The translations under genes and the position numbers were made by a program. This document shows positions 23,027-35,057 of a stretch of DNA of 64,000 bases, piece by piece. The stretch is from NCBI GenBank assembly GCA_965240325.2, contig OZ251224.1, forward strand, positions 1,178,001-1,242,000, read 5' to 3'. The notes below the pieces were generated by a model. It searched no databases. It had not been told where the DNA came from and saw only the letters and a list, made by a program, of their open reading frames with translations. The DNA is from Rebecca billardiae RCC1528. Taxonomy: Eukaryota > Protista > Haptophyta. Within the stretch, counting starts at the first letter, position 1. Every line of letters begins with the position of its first letter.

Positions 23027-23792
23027 CCTTTTTATTCGCAAAACTTGTCAGCGCGACACCAGGTCATTTCAGGCGGAATATTGACATCCCGCGACTAGTA
23101 ATTCACTAATAGTTTGAGAGCCTCATCTCGAGACGACAGAAATATTAACGACGTGGTATGCAACGGGCAGGCGTCAGAGTCAGCAAGCTGTAGCGGCAGA
23201 TCGAGCAGCAGAGACGAGACAGAAATATAAGTTGGATTTTGGCCCGAAATTTTGGGCCACACACCCCAGTCCCCAGTGTCCCCACAGGCCACAGTACCAG
23301 TGGGCGGCAATCTCAATCTGACCCCTCTGCTTAGCTAGTTACCTGATCTAGTAGAGATGACTTATAACGTGATGACGAATGCGCATGTCCCGGGCCTCAC
23401 CGGATAGACTCACCGGACCGGCAGCCGGCCACGGCGCGACTCGGACCGCTAGTAGCAGTCTGTCGACATTGGTGCGCCGGACCGGTCGTAGTTGTCCTCA
23501 TCATGCAGGCATCACGACTCATCCCCGCTGACACATTTGGATCAGCGTGGCCCGCGTGGCCGACGGCAACGGATCTGCCAAGCACAGTGTGCCAGAGGCA
23601 CTCACTCACTGACAATTGACAGTGACACTCACAGACACTGGCTCCAACCCGCGATGCCGGCCAAGCCGCAGCCGCTTCGCTTGGGGGTCTGAGGGTTGTC
23701 TTGGTGGAGCCAGGTCTCTGCGTCGGCCGGACCTGGACGGCGGAGTGTGCGCGCTGGTTCAGCTTGAGGCCACGTTGAGGCTCCATCGTGCC

Positions 23793-24296
23793 TCACTCAA
23801 TCTTGACGAGCCTGAACTCTGCTGTCTGTTCCGAGGGCTTCTTCCCGCCGCGGACTCGCCTTCGCACCTCCCCGTCGTCGACCACGTAGGGAAAGTACTC
23901 ACTCTTTGCGATCTCCCCTCGAAGCTCCAACGGGGCTGCCAGTGTGTCCACCATGTTGATCGTCATCTGCTGCTTGCCATCCGACGTAGACTCGACTTGC
24001 CAGGAGACGACCTTCCCGTAGCGCGACGGCATCTTCCCGGTGCCATCTTCGCGCAGCTCCAGCACGGGCGGCCCACCGTATGCAACCACGTCATTTGAAT
24101 GGAGCTCCCAGTATCCTGCGTAGGGTAGACGCCGGTTGGGTTCGCAGCACGCCACCGAGCTGCGACGCATCGCCGACCGGATGCCGCGCGCCGGCAGGCT
24201 CGCTGCTTGTCTTGCACTGAGCGACGAGGTGCGAGAGGCGAAGGCAAGCGGCGTGTGGACCAGGGCTAGTGCGATGTAGATCAGGAACAGGAACAT
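23793..24296 (-). CDS. Uncharacterised small protein with a signal peptide and transit-like peptide (probably plastid-targeted)
   Basis: MFLFLIYIALALVHTPLAFASRTSS.. bipartite-like leader, then a globular-looking domain (YAGYWEL..VLELREDGTG). Confidence 0.6.
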   Translation of the reverse strand: MFLFLIYIALALVHTPLAFASRTSSLSARQAASLPARGIRSAMRRSSVACCEPNRRLPYAGYWELHSNDVVAYGGPPVLELREDGTGKMPSRYGKVVSWQVESTSDGKQQMTINMVDTLAAPLELRGEIAKSEYFPYVVDDGEVRRRVRGGKKPSEQTAEFRLVKIE

Positions 24297-24902
24297 CACG
24301 GGCTGTCGCGCAAGCCGTTGCAGGTGGACGCCCCCCACCAGCGCCTTCCACAACGACGCAGTCCGCGTCTCGATCGTCGACGAGCTCGCGCCTCCAACTC
24401 TGGTGCTGTTCTCTGTCGTCCGTTCTTGATCATCAACGAAATCGGTGAGTGAAAAACTGGATCCTCAATCCACGGCCGAGGAACCACTGCTGCACCGGCA
24501 ACTGAGAATCGCGATGCATGTGTGCCGCTACAAAGTACAGAGTGTACAGACGCTGCTACAAACGTTATACAGAAGTGCATGACGCCGCACCGTAGTCTGC
24601 GACACCCAGGCTGCCACGCCTCTGACTCACGGACAGCCGATCCCGAACCGTCTGACACCGACAGTCCGACACGGACAGCGACTGGCCCTCATAATCCGTG
24701 AATCGTGATTCGAGTTGATGCCGCGCTCAGCTTGATTACTGCTCGACTGACGACGCCCGCACCGCGCACGCGCCTGGTGCCACCGATCTCGCCCGCGAGT
24801 CGCATCGCTCATCAGCCCTTGGCGGCGATGGCTGACGGCCTCGCGGAGCCGGGTCCACCGGCGAGGCTACCGTCGCCGCCGCGCGCGCGTGCCCGCTCAG
24901 CC

Positions 24903-26982
24903 TCAGGGCTGTGGGGCGGCTGGCATCCCCGCGCCCGGCAGGGCGAAGTCGAGGGTGACGCCGGGCGGCGGGGGCGGCGGCGGGCCGGGGTGCTGGATGG
25001 GTGCCACGCCCGGCGGTGGCAACGGCGGCGGACCCGGCGGCGGCACGAAATGCGACGGCGCAGACGGCGGCTGGCCGCCTGGGCCAGCGCAGCAGCCGCC
25101 CGACATGGGCGGCGGCGGGCCAAAGCCAGGCGGCGGCGGGGCACCGGGTGGCCCACGGTAGCGGTCTGTGGCGCGGGGCGCAGGGGCGCGGGGAGGCGCG
25201 CGGGCGCTGAGCTCTCGTCGCGATGGCGTGCACGCGCGCGCGAGGCCCATGGCGCGCGCAGCCGGCCGCCGCGCGCTCACCTGCGTGCATGTCCGCGTGG
25301 TACGCGTCCGCGCTGTGGCCCCCACCGTACGAGTAGGGCAGCGGCTGTGACGCGTCCGCGCCGTGGCCGCCGCCGTGCCCGTACGGCGGAGGCGGGTGCC
25401 CGGCCGGATGCGGTGGCAGGCCGGGCGGCGGAGGCTGATTCCGACCCGCCATCGGCGGCGGCGGCGGCGGCGGCGGCAGGGATGGGAGCCGGCCGTCGTG
25501 GTGCGCACCAGGCGGCGGAGGTGGCGGGGCGTGCCCGTGCCACGGCGGCGGCGGCGCGCCATGCGGCTGCTCGTACGGTGACGGCGGCATGGGCGCGGGC
25601 GGCGGTCCCCCCGGCGGCGGCGGCGGCCCGCTCGCCCACGGCGCGGGCGCGCCGCCGCCGTCCGCGGGCTCGCGCCCTCGCGAGTCCGTGCCGTTGCCCT
25701 CGCCGAGCTCGGCCAGGAACGCCTCGAATTCGGAGTTGAGGTGCTCGCCGCCCTGCCCGCCCCCCGGCCCGCCCGGCGGCGGCGGCGGGCCCGGCGGCGG
25801 CGGCGGCTGCCCAGGCATGCCCATACCCACCTCCCAGGGCGCCGGGCCGCCGCTCCCCATGCCGGTCTCCCACGGCCGGGGCCCGCCGCCGCCGCCGCCG
25901 CCGAACGGGCCTCGGTCGGTGGCCAGCCTCTTGGACATGCCGTGCACGTCCGGCCGCTCGTCGTCCAGCGCGGTGCCGTTCATCACCGCGAGCGTGCGCA
26001 GCTGCTCCTCGCGCTGCGCCTTGGCGTACTCGTTGGTCGGGTCGAGAAGAATCTCGATCGCCTTCCGCGCCCGCTCCATCGTCTCGTCGTCGGGCGCCTC
26101 GATGAGCACGTGCATGGGCTCCTCCTCCTGCCCGCCTCGGCCGTCGTGCGGCCGCGAGCCCTCCTTCACCGACCCCTTCCCTCGGATCCAGATGCGCGCC
26201 CCCGTCTCCTTCTCCAGCCGCTTCTGGTTGGAGCCGCGCGGGCCGACGATCGAGCCGAAAAAGTTGTACCCGGGGTACTGGTCGAGCGGGATCGGCAGCT
26301 TGAGGTACCTGCACGCGGCGGGCGCGGGGCGCGCGCGCGGGAGGCGTGGGGTTGGCCGGTGTGGCGCCGAGCCGATCGAGGCGGCCGGCGCGTTGCACGC
26401 CGCGCACGCGCCGGGCGCGCGGACGCGCGCGCGGCGAGCGCGCGGCCTCACGCACCGCTTGCCCGGCGGCTTGGGCGGCTCAGGCGGCCGCAACTGCTGG
26501 AGGATGTCCTCGCGCTTGTGCAGGAGTTTGGTGCGCTCGCGCTCCTCCCTCGTGTTCAGCCGGTTCCCCACGTCGTCGAACACCGGCTCGGGCGACGGCG
26601 AGCGCGCCTCCGCCGGGATCTCGGAGACGCCGTGGTCGGGCAGCGCGAGCCGGCGGTCGATGTCCTCCACCTCGTGCCGCACGCGGAGCAGCGAGCGTCG
26701 GCGGCCTTCGTCCATCTGGTTGAAGATTGGGATGGGGATGCCGAGCGCGATAGCCGCGCCGAGCATCTCGCCCGCCGTGGTCACCGCCAGAGCCATGGAT
26801 GGCGGTGGCGGCGGTGCCAAGGCCGCGGCCGCGGCCGCGGCCGCGTCCTTGTCAGCCCATCGGCTGCGTCGCTTTGGCTCAGCCCCTTCCTCCGAGCCCG
26901 CCCACCGCGTCCGCTTTCCAGCCGGGCGCTCCTGCGCCGCGGGCGCGCCCGTGCCGGCCGCCGGCGCGGCCTCGTCCGCCAT
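24903..26982 (-). CDS. SF1: Splicing factor 1 / branchpoint-bridging protein, 3 exons (26982-26456, 26308-25281, 25165-24903)
   Basis: KRRSRW ULM motif, RSPSPEP..GNRLNTRE helix-hairpin, KH-QUA2 (YPGYNFFGSIVGPRG..IRGKGSVKEG..QLRTLAVMNGT) and a Pro-rich tail. GT-AG introns at 26309-26455 and 25166-25280. Confidence 0.92.
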
Positions 26983-27076
26983 CTTCGCGTCGGTCGCGCT
27001 GCTCGAGACGCAGGCGGTCGGCGCGCCGCGGCCCGCGGCAGCACGTCTCGCGGGGAGGGCTTCCGCAGATTTCAGC

Positions 27077-27727
27077 ATGGCGGAGCGACGCGGCCGCGTG
27101 GAGGATGATCGCCGATACGACAGGGACCGGTACGATCGTTACAGGGACAGGGACTACGATCGGTACGATCGCTACGACCGCCACAGTCGCTACGACCGGC
27201 ATGACACGCGGGGTGGTGACGACGAACGCTACCGTCGAGACGACGCGCGCGATCGCAGCGAGTACCCTCGCCACGACCGCCCGGATCGCTACGAGCGCCG
27301 ACCCTACGACGAGGACCGACGCGATCGCAACGGAGGCAGGCGCGACTCTCCACCCCCGTCTCGTCCCGACGCCTACGGCCGTGAGCGCGACTACCGCGAT
27401 TATCGACGATCGGGCGACTCTCCCGGGCGCTCTGCAGGTCGCGCCGACCCTCCGCCGCCGCCGCCGCCGCCGCCCCCGCCTGCGGGCTCGGGTCGCCAAG
27501 CTGGGAAGGAGGCAGGTGCACAGCCTTCGGGCGCGGAGGAAGGCGAGGACGAGCTTGCCATGATGGCGGCGATGGGTATCCCCGTCAACTTCGACTCGAC
27601 CAAGGGCAAGGAAGTCGACGACCCCATGTGCAAGATGGGCGCGGTCAAGCAGGTGTCCAAGCGCGAAGCGCGCCAATTCATGAACCGGCGCAAAGGAGGG
27701 CTCATCAAGGGCGACCAGATCAAGTAG
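27077..27727 (+). CDS. SNRNP27: U4/U6.U5 tri-snRNP 27 kDa protein (DUF1777)
   Basis: RD/RY-rich N-terminus and C-terminal MMAAMGIPVNFDSTKGK..KREARQFMNRRKGG. Confidence 0.88.
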   Translation: MAERRGRVEDDRRYDRDRYDRYRDRDYDRYDRYDRHSRYDRHDTRGGDDERYRRDDARDRSEYPRHDRPDRYERRPYDEDRRDRNGGRRDSPPPSRPDAYGRERDYRDYRRSGDSPGRSAGRADPPPPPPPPPPPAGSGRQAGKEAGAQPSGAEEGEDELAMMAAMGIPVNFDSTKGKEVDDPMCKMGAVKQVSKREARQFMNRRKGGLIKGDQIK

Positions 27728-28211
27728 CTCGTGGAGTCAGGCGTGTCGGTTGCCATCTTGGCTCCGTCATCGTCCAGACGCCGCTGCACTGTTACCACTG
27801 CCAATCCAAGTGCCGCTGCGCGCTGGCGGCCCGACGGGCCGCGACCGGCCGAGCGTGTCACAGCACTCCGCACTTGGCAGAGTTGGCAGGCAGGCTGCTC
27901 CACTCGACCACCCACCCACCCACCCACCCACCCACCCCCCGCTTCTTTCTTATCGTATCAGCCTAAAACGACCGAGCGGGCTCGAGTGCTCGCCGTGCCT
28001 CGATGACGGTGATGACGAACGAAAATCTGAAATCTCAAACTCAAAATCATCAACCGCCGCGTCATCGTCGTCGTCGCGCGTTTTCCCGACGCGACAATTA
28101 TTATTCGGAATTCCGTCCTCGAAGGCTGTTACTACCGACGCGCAGGTCCCGCGGCCATCGATCTCTCGACAGCTCCGCCCTCGCTGCGCTGGATTGGGGC
28201 CCTTGCCGCCC

Positions 28212-28930
28212 ATGACGTTCTTCCACCACGATGGCAAGTGCGCCGCGAATATGCACGGAGACGATCTGGACGTGGACAGCCCGGGCGAGCTGCACAACCT
28301 CGAACGTGGGAAAAAGATGAGCCTCGGCAAGTCTGTTCAGACCATTTCGTACGGTCGCTGGAGCAAGTCCAAGCGGACCTCGTACCTTGATCAGGTGATC
28401 AAGCAGTCCAACGAGTTCAGGCCGGGGAGGGCATACATCGACCCGTATGGTGCGACGACGGGCAACCTCTGGAGCGAGAACTATGAAATGACGCGCTATC
28501 AGAAGGGCGGTCAGACGAGCCTTGCCGGGAGATCGAACTCGCTCAAGTTTGCGCCACTCGTCGACCGCACGCTCGACCGGCGCCAGGTCGAGTCCTCGCA
28601 GTATGTGCTTGATCAGACCACGCAGCTCGGTGGACGCTTCGTCCCGCCCTTGAAGCCCGTTTGCAAGCGCGACGTGGGTCCAGGTGTGCAACTGGAGCGC
28701 AGATGTGCTTGCCTGCTGTGCGTCGTCCTGCGGCTGACACATCCCCCACCTTCCCTGCGTGCGCAGATCCGTATGAGGTTGGTCGCGGCGACTTTTGGAC
28801 CATCGACTCTGTTGGGCTGGGCCGCGACAAGTCGCTCTGGCAGACGGAGTTCCTCTCACGCCAGGACACGGCAATGGTGCGGCCGGCTGCAAAGCCGATG
28901 GGAGTCAATACGGGACCTGTCCGACTTTGA
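28212..28930 (+). CDS. Uncharacterised protein, 2 exons (28212-28683, 28767-28930)
   Basis: Coding-like composition. A GT-AG intron at 28684-28766 with a CTGAC branch-like site joins ..DVGP-DPYEVG.. in frame. Confidence 0.6.
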
Positions 28931-29182
28931 GACAATCGTCTGTCAATCGACGTCAGTATTCGTGTTGCATTGCACTGTGGTACAGTGGTCACAGTAGCAT
29001 CATATGCCGGCCATCACGACGCCGATGTCAGCAAGGCTCAGACTGGTACGAAGCGCGGCATCATATGGTACGTCGTTCACTCGCTGCTGCCTCCGGGCCG
29101 TGCTGCGGACACCAGGCCCGTCCGCCCGGGGCCGCTCGCGCGTCGTAACTAGTATTACTACGTCTACTATTACTACTATATA

Positions 29183-30790
29183 TGACCGCGTTCCGCGGTC
29201 CTTTTCCGTAGAACGAACGTAGTTCGGGGCCCGCGGTGGCGGTGCACCCTCCGTCGCAGTCGTCCCGTACACGTGTAACTAGACTCCATCCAGCGGCGCG
29301 CCGCCCCAGCGCCGCGCCGCCGCCGGCGTGCGCCGAGTGTGGATGTCGGTCGTCGGCCGAGCTGCCCTCATCACAGACGGCCCTTACCTGACCCCCTGCG
29401 CGTGCGCGACGGCCGACAGGCGGATGCGACTCGGCGTGATCGACGCACGAGCGCGACTCTTGCACGCCAGGCCACCGGCGGAGCTGACTGACAGCCAGGG
29501 AGCCGGACGGCGCGGGACCGCGCGGATTCGACCGTTCGTTCGGGCCTGCCGCTGACCGTCGTCGCCGCGACGCCAGCAGCGCAGGAGTAGATGATCTGCA
29601 GGTCAGTAGGGTTCGACCTGCGCGCCTGCGCGACGGCCGACAGGCGGGCGCGAGGCGTGAGCGACGCATGAGCGCGACTCTACGTGCACACCAGGCACCA
29701 CGCGGCCGAGCTGACTGACCGCGAGCCAGGGAGCACGGTGCGAGCAGCCATGCAGCACCGGTGCTTGCGCGCGCCGCGCGTGCACGGGGTGACACACCTC
29801 GGTCAGGCTCGGCACGCGTCGCAGAGGCACGGCCAGCTCTGGGCACGCCAGGCGCCCAGGCCACGCGGAGCTGACAGCCACGGGGAGCCGACGGCGCGCG
29901 GGGCCGCGGCCAGTTCCGAGTTCGACTTGCGCCTGCTCTGAAGAAGAGTTCTGGGAGACCCTGGCGGAGAGGCATGGCAAGGGGGGCGTGTGGTGAAGTC
30001 GGAGACTCAGAGATCGATCAGTCCGGCATCATGCGCCGCTGCCCCCGAGCTTGCGAGAGCCCGAACACAGGGCGGCGGCTGCGGCGGCGGCGCCGCGGCC
30101 GCGCGGCCGGCCGCGCAGGCATCGACAGGGCGCGGCAGGGGCGTGCGGAGTGACTAGTGAGCGGGCACGAACGCGATGTCGACGGCCGTCGGGACCCGCC
30201 GCAGACGCGCGCTCCAGGCGCCACTCGGCACTCGCCACGCGCACCTGCCCATCGAGCGCCCCCTTGCGGACCAACCAAGAGTCGTCGCGGCTCGCTCGCC
30301 ACCCCAGAAGAAACCTGCACACGTCGTCCTTGCGACGGCGGCAGGTTTTGAGCTCGCCAGCTCGGTAAGTCAGTGACTATGGAATGGGCTGGCAACGAAT
30401 AGCTGCGCGGGTATTTTCAATAAGGCTTGCGGGTTTTAGACTCTAGATACCAACCGCCGCGAAGCCAAGTTCATATTCATCAAGGCGGAGGCAAACTATC
30501 ACACATGAACGAGAGTCTACCCACAAAATCGCGCTCGTAACGAACCGTTACACTAATGTCACGTCCAGCTGACGTCCAGATCGCACTTTACTTAAGGGAA
30601 TCAGCTGGGCGCGCTTTTTTTCGGCCTAATAGACCTCTCTATGCGATCTCAAAAACTCGAAACTCGGTCTCCGCCAGCCCTAAAAATCGCCCCCCGTCCC
30701 TTTTTTCTTGATCAAAGATCTTTTTGAAACGTGGTTCGGGCCCGCTGGTGCGGGCTCCACGCTGCGCGCTCCGCCCTGCACCGCGGGCCA
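29183..30790 (-). mobile_element. Non-autonomous Helitron2/Helentron-like element, copy 1
   Basis: One end is TGGCCCGCGGTGCAG (minus strand at 30790). An inverted subterminal copy lies at ~29228 and a terminal hairpin GACCGCG-TTC-CGCGGTC at 29184-29200. Homologous to copies 2 and 3. Confidence 0.7.
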
Positions 30791-30828
30791 TTAGCTGCTC
30801 CGAATATAAAAAAGGCGCTAAACACGTT

Positions 30829-32409
30829 CTAAACCGATTTGGCGGTGAGAGTCACAGTAGGTAGTGCTCCTCTTTCGGAATGCCAGCGTCTCTCGCTGTC
30901 ACGCAAAAACGCGCCAAAGTGTTCGCCGTCGAGAACGACGTTTCGCAAGTCGCCGTCCACCGTGTCCTTCTTCGGGACGCGGTAGCGGTGGCACACGTTG
31001 CCACGCCAGTGGCAGTAGTTGCCGTACAGCCATGGCGCGCTCGAGTGCGGGTGCATTTCGATCATGGTTGTGCCCGCGTTTGTGAAGAGGCCAAGCGTCA
31101 TACCAGCGCCGTGCACACCGACGAGGACCGAGTGCTCGCTCAGCAGCCGCACCTGCTGCGCGAGTGGCAGGGTGCCCAGGTCCACCGCGTCCCACGACGC
31201 GTCGAAGTGCTGCGTGACAACGCGCCTCAGCTCCTCCTTGTTCTTCACGAGCCGGCCGCTCTTCTTTGGGCCCTTGTTCGTCTTCTTGATGCGGAACTCG
31301 CGATCGAGGAGGAGCGCTGCGTGCACGGGCTGGCCCACGCGCTTGCCCTGCTCCGCCCGGTGCGCCCACGGGTTGAAGGGCGCGCGCGTCGCGACCGCCA
31401 TGCCCATCCACGCCCGCCGCGCGATCCAGCCGGCGATGGAGCTGGTGTTGCAGTCGACCTTGTCGTGGAAGTGCGCCGCAAACGCGGCGCCGGTCGATCC
31501 GATGACGACTTGGCCGTAGCATCCGGCCGGCGGCGGGTGCACGCTCACGCTCGAGTAGAATGCCCGGTAGAAGCCGTCCACCGAGGATGTGCGCTTGTCC
31601 GGCAGGTAGAGCTGAGCGGCCCTCGGGTCGACGCCCGCGATCAGCGTGGAGACGAGCGTGCCCAGGAACGCGTGCGAGGCGTGCCACAGGTTGAGCATCC
31701 CGTCGGTCAGGTGCAGCACGATCGGCGCATCCACCACGCGCTTCTGCGCGCTGCACGGAGCGCGGCCCTTGACCGCGGGCAGAAGCTCGAACTTGATCGC
31801 CTGGTACATGGTCTTGCCAAACTTGGGCTCAAACGAGAAGTGCGTGCAGTCGCTGTGCACTGCGTACGTGCGGTAATCTTTCTTCGCCTCGCCGGCCGGG
31901 GGCTCGAGCATTCGAGCGTGCTCGAGGAAGTACACGCCTAGCCGGTCCTTCTGCGGGTGCGGGTACAGGCGCACCGACTTGCAGACGTCCACACGGCGCT
32001 CCCGATGTGCCAGCACGAAGCCCTCCCCAACGAGCTCGGAGCATGTTGAGGGCCTCTCGTGCCACACCAGGGTTTCGTTCTGCAGCGCTCGGGGTGGGGC
32101 GAACGGGTCGCTCGCGGGCAGCGGGAAGCCGGTCTGCCTCCACGATGAGGCAGGCTTGCTGACAGCCGCCGCCACCGCTGGCGCTGGTGCCCCGGGTAGC
32201 ACCTCCGCGCCGATCGCGTGCGCCGGCCGCGCCTCGACAGAGCGCGCGTCCATCTGCTGCCCCGCGAGCGTGTGGCCTGAGCGCATGAGCGGCGACGACC
32301 CTATGAGTGACACCGCCGCCAGGACCACGGAGAGACCCACCAACCATAGCACCGCCGGAGTTTTGCGCCTCCTGGGCAAGCTGTCGGTGTCGTGCGAGTC
32401 CGCCGCCAT
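30829..32409 (-). CDS. GT61 family (DUF563/EOGT-like) type II membrane glycosyltransferase
   Basis: N-terminal TM segment, NLWH, R.VKNKEEL and LPLAQQVRLLSEHSVLVGVHGAGMTLGLF. Confidence 0.85.
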   Translation of the reverse strand: MAADSHDTDSLPRRRKTPAVLWLVGLSVVLAAVSLIGSSPLMRSGHTLAGQQMDARSVEARPAHAIGAEVLPGAPAPAVAAAVSKPASSWRQTGFPLPASDPFAPPRALQNETLVWHERPSTCSELVGEGFVLAHRERRVDVCKSVRLYPHPQKDRLGVYFLEHARMLEPPAGEAKKDYRTYAVHSDCTHFSFEPKFGKTMYQAIKFELLPAVKGRAPCSAQKRVVDAPIVLHLTDGMLNLWHASHAFLGTLVSTLIAGVDPRAAQLYLPDKRTSSVDGFYRAFYSSVSVHPPPAGCYGQVVIGSTGAAFAAHFHDKVDCNTSSIAGWIARRAWMGMAVATRAPFNPWAHRAEQGKRVGQPVHAALLLDREFRIKKTNKGPKKSGRLVKNKEELRRVVTQHFDASWDAVDLGTLPLAQQVRLLSEHSVLVGVHGAGMTLGLFTNAGTTMIEMHPHSSAPWLYGNYCHWRGNVCHRYRVPKKDTVDGDLRNVVLDGEHFGAFLRDSERRWHSERGALPTVTLTAKSV

Positions 32410-32989
32410 CGTCTGACCGTTCTACGGCTGTCCGGGGCTCCGGCCCGAGTGGCCGACACGCTACCGGACAAGGAAAGCTGGAATAACCGTAGGCTCCGTG
32501 GAAATCGTTGGTCGTTTTTCGGGCGGAGGGCGGGAACGAGCATCATGGCGCACCTTGTTCGCACGTGTCGGTCAATGGCTGGGTGGCGGCGGTCACGCGG
32601 CGGCGGGTTAGCCGAGTCCGTCATCGGCTGGCGGCGGCGGGATTGACGACGACGAGTCCAACGTGCTCGATCGTTCCGGGGAGCCCGAGGCGGAGAACAC
32701 GTACGTGTCCGGCTACATGGATGCGGACGAGCATCATGATGATCCCGTCGCTCCGCCTTGCGGCTCGCATGACGAACATGCGGCGTCGAGGAGGCGAACA
32801 TGGCGCGCGCTCAGGGCGATGCGCCAGATAGTGGCGAGCACATGTTCGTCGACGCTGCCGAGCCTGTGGTCGTTGCCGAGGACGCAGAGGAGGACGCCGA
32901 TGGTGGCCTGACTCTGCCGGCTGCAGCACTCGCGGCCGAGCAGCACTCGCGGCCGAGCCGGCGCGCGTCCCTGTGTCGCGCGAGGGCGG

Positions 32990-33760
32990 GACGGTGAAGC
33001 CGGACGCGAAGCAGGAGTGTGTGTACTTCTCTCTCCGCGCGATCGGCACCACGGCGCGTGCGGGAGCGCCGGTGCAGCCAGGCATCGGCTGGTCGAGCTC
33101 CATATCGTCGCCAGCATCAACACACTTCCGGGGCCAGATGAAGATGCTGAGGCCGAGCTGGAGCCGATCAAGGTGGGTGCGTGGGCGGGCAAGTTCAACA
33201 CGGCGGGAGTGTCCATCGCACCTGACCCGGAGTGGCATGCGCTCACGGCCGAGGCCGTGGCGACCAAGCCGGACTTCGCATCGGAGGTGGACGGTCTGCT
33301 GGATTGGATGAAGGAGATCATCACGGACACCGGGTTTGATGGCATTCTGTGTGCGCACGGCGGCGACTCGTACGACTTCCGCCTTCTCGCGCTCGAGCTG
33401 GCCGCCGCAGAGCGGCTGCTGCCAGCGAGGGTGCAGATGTGCGCTGACCCCGCGGCGATGGCCCGTCGCTTCAAGGAGGAGGACTGGCAGGAGTGGACCA
33501 AGGGCAAGCCGGTGATGAGCCCGAGATCCATGGTCACGTTCGAGACTCAGAGCCGCTGCGAGGCAGGCGGTGATGTGTCGGATTGGGCCGATGCAACGGC
33601 GCTTGTCATGCACGAGCCCGCAGTCGCTGCTGCCCTGCACAAGGGCAAGGTCGGTGCGCGCTGGCTTGACGAGCCGAGCCGAGCGCGCAGCCGACGGCGG
33701 CGGCCGCCGCCGCTGCGGCAGGGCAGCAGGTGGCAGCGCAGCGAGCGCCCACCGGCGTGA
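32990..33760 (+). pseudogene. Degenerate DEDDh (DnaQ/TREX1-like) 3'-5' exonuclease remnant
   Basis: An ExoI-like CVYFSLRAIGTT (acidic residues lost) lies in one frame. HALTAEAVATKPDFASEVDGLLDWM..ILCAHGGDSYDFRLLALEL lies in another, implying a frameshift. Confidence 0.55.
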
Positions 33761-35057
33761 TGCTCTGGGCGCGGCGGAGCCTGGCAACCTCGGCGCAGCG
33801 CGGGCACGAGCCAGTGACAGGTGCCTGGGTCGAGCTCGACATGGGTGAGATGCAGGACGAGCTGCAGCGCGTCGGCGCTGCGAGTGGCGAGCCCGTGCAG
33901 CCAGCGGCTCTCCGCGCGCACGATCTGAGGCGGCAGGACAAGATTGCAGCGGTGAAGAAGAAGGGGGCGTGACAGCGCGAGGACGGGGCTGGCACGCGAG
34001 CGAGGCGGCCCCATGGCCGAGCCGCGAGCTGTGCGCGCACCTAGCCGGACACGGCTTCGTCACGCGCCGGGGCAAGCTCGTGGGCGTGGCGCTGGACGGA
34101 GTCGGCGCTCTCGGCATTGCGCTGCTCCGCTTCATACTCACGTTGCCCATTCTGTCGACGGTGGTGGCGGCGACGAACTGGTGGGCGACGCAGAAGGTGG
34201 TCGAGGTGCGGCGCGCGCGCGCGCGCGGCGTGCGACCACCGGCGAGGCGAGGCGTTGTTTTGACAACGCCACCTGTCTCCCGCGGCGCGATCGCGGCTGC
34301 GCGCGACTGCTGTCTCATCAGGAGAAGCAGGACGGCAAGACGGTCGTCCGCCCGGGTGATCGACGACCGCCGGTCGCATCATCATCAATATCAGTGCAAC
34401 GCGTGTCAGTGCGCTGCATCAGAAGTAGTCACCGGCCGCTTCGTGCGCGTGGCAGCCGCCCGCCAATGCGGCATCGTCCGCTGCTCCGCCACCGCCACTG
34501 TTACACGCTGCGGTGAGTGACGGTCTGATCGCCGACGCATTCATCATTTCATGACAGTGAGCAGCAGCAGCACGCAAACAATATACGGACAAAACGCGTA
34601 AAAAGCCCCAAAATAAAACTGCTCCGACGGAATTCTCCCATGCTTGCTTTTTCACCGGGAGCACCGCCCGGAAAAAAAAAAGAATCGGTCCAAAACGATG
34701 GCGTCAATGTACCAGGCGCCCCCCCCCTCGACCCGCCCCTCGCGCGACGGCTCTCACTCGCCGCGATGGACGAGTCGAGCGACGCCCGGCTGGGGCTAGG
34801 CGGTCCGCTCGGGGGCACGATGTGCACCGCCGCGCATCTCGCCTCCGGCCCTCCGCAGCGTCCGCGGCGAGGCCGCAAAGTGCCTGGAACCACATGGAAC
34901 CACAGGGGGCGTACGGATAAAGGACTTTGCCCACTGCGTCAGCGGCGCGCCGCCGCGCGCCCGCGGGTCTGCAGCGGCAAGGTGTGTTGCATCCATCTCC
35001 GCGTGCAGAGCAGGCGCTCGCTCGGCGGGCGGGCGTGTTAGGTGCGGCGCCGAGGCA

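Noticed and set aside
25589-27076. N-terminal extension of the 712-aa ORF
   Set aside because: It is the antisense shadow of SF1. SNRNP27 starts at 27077.
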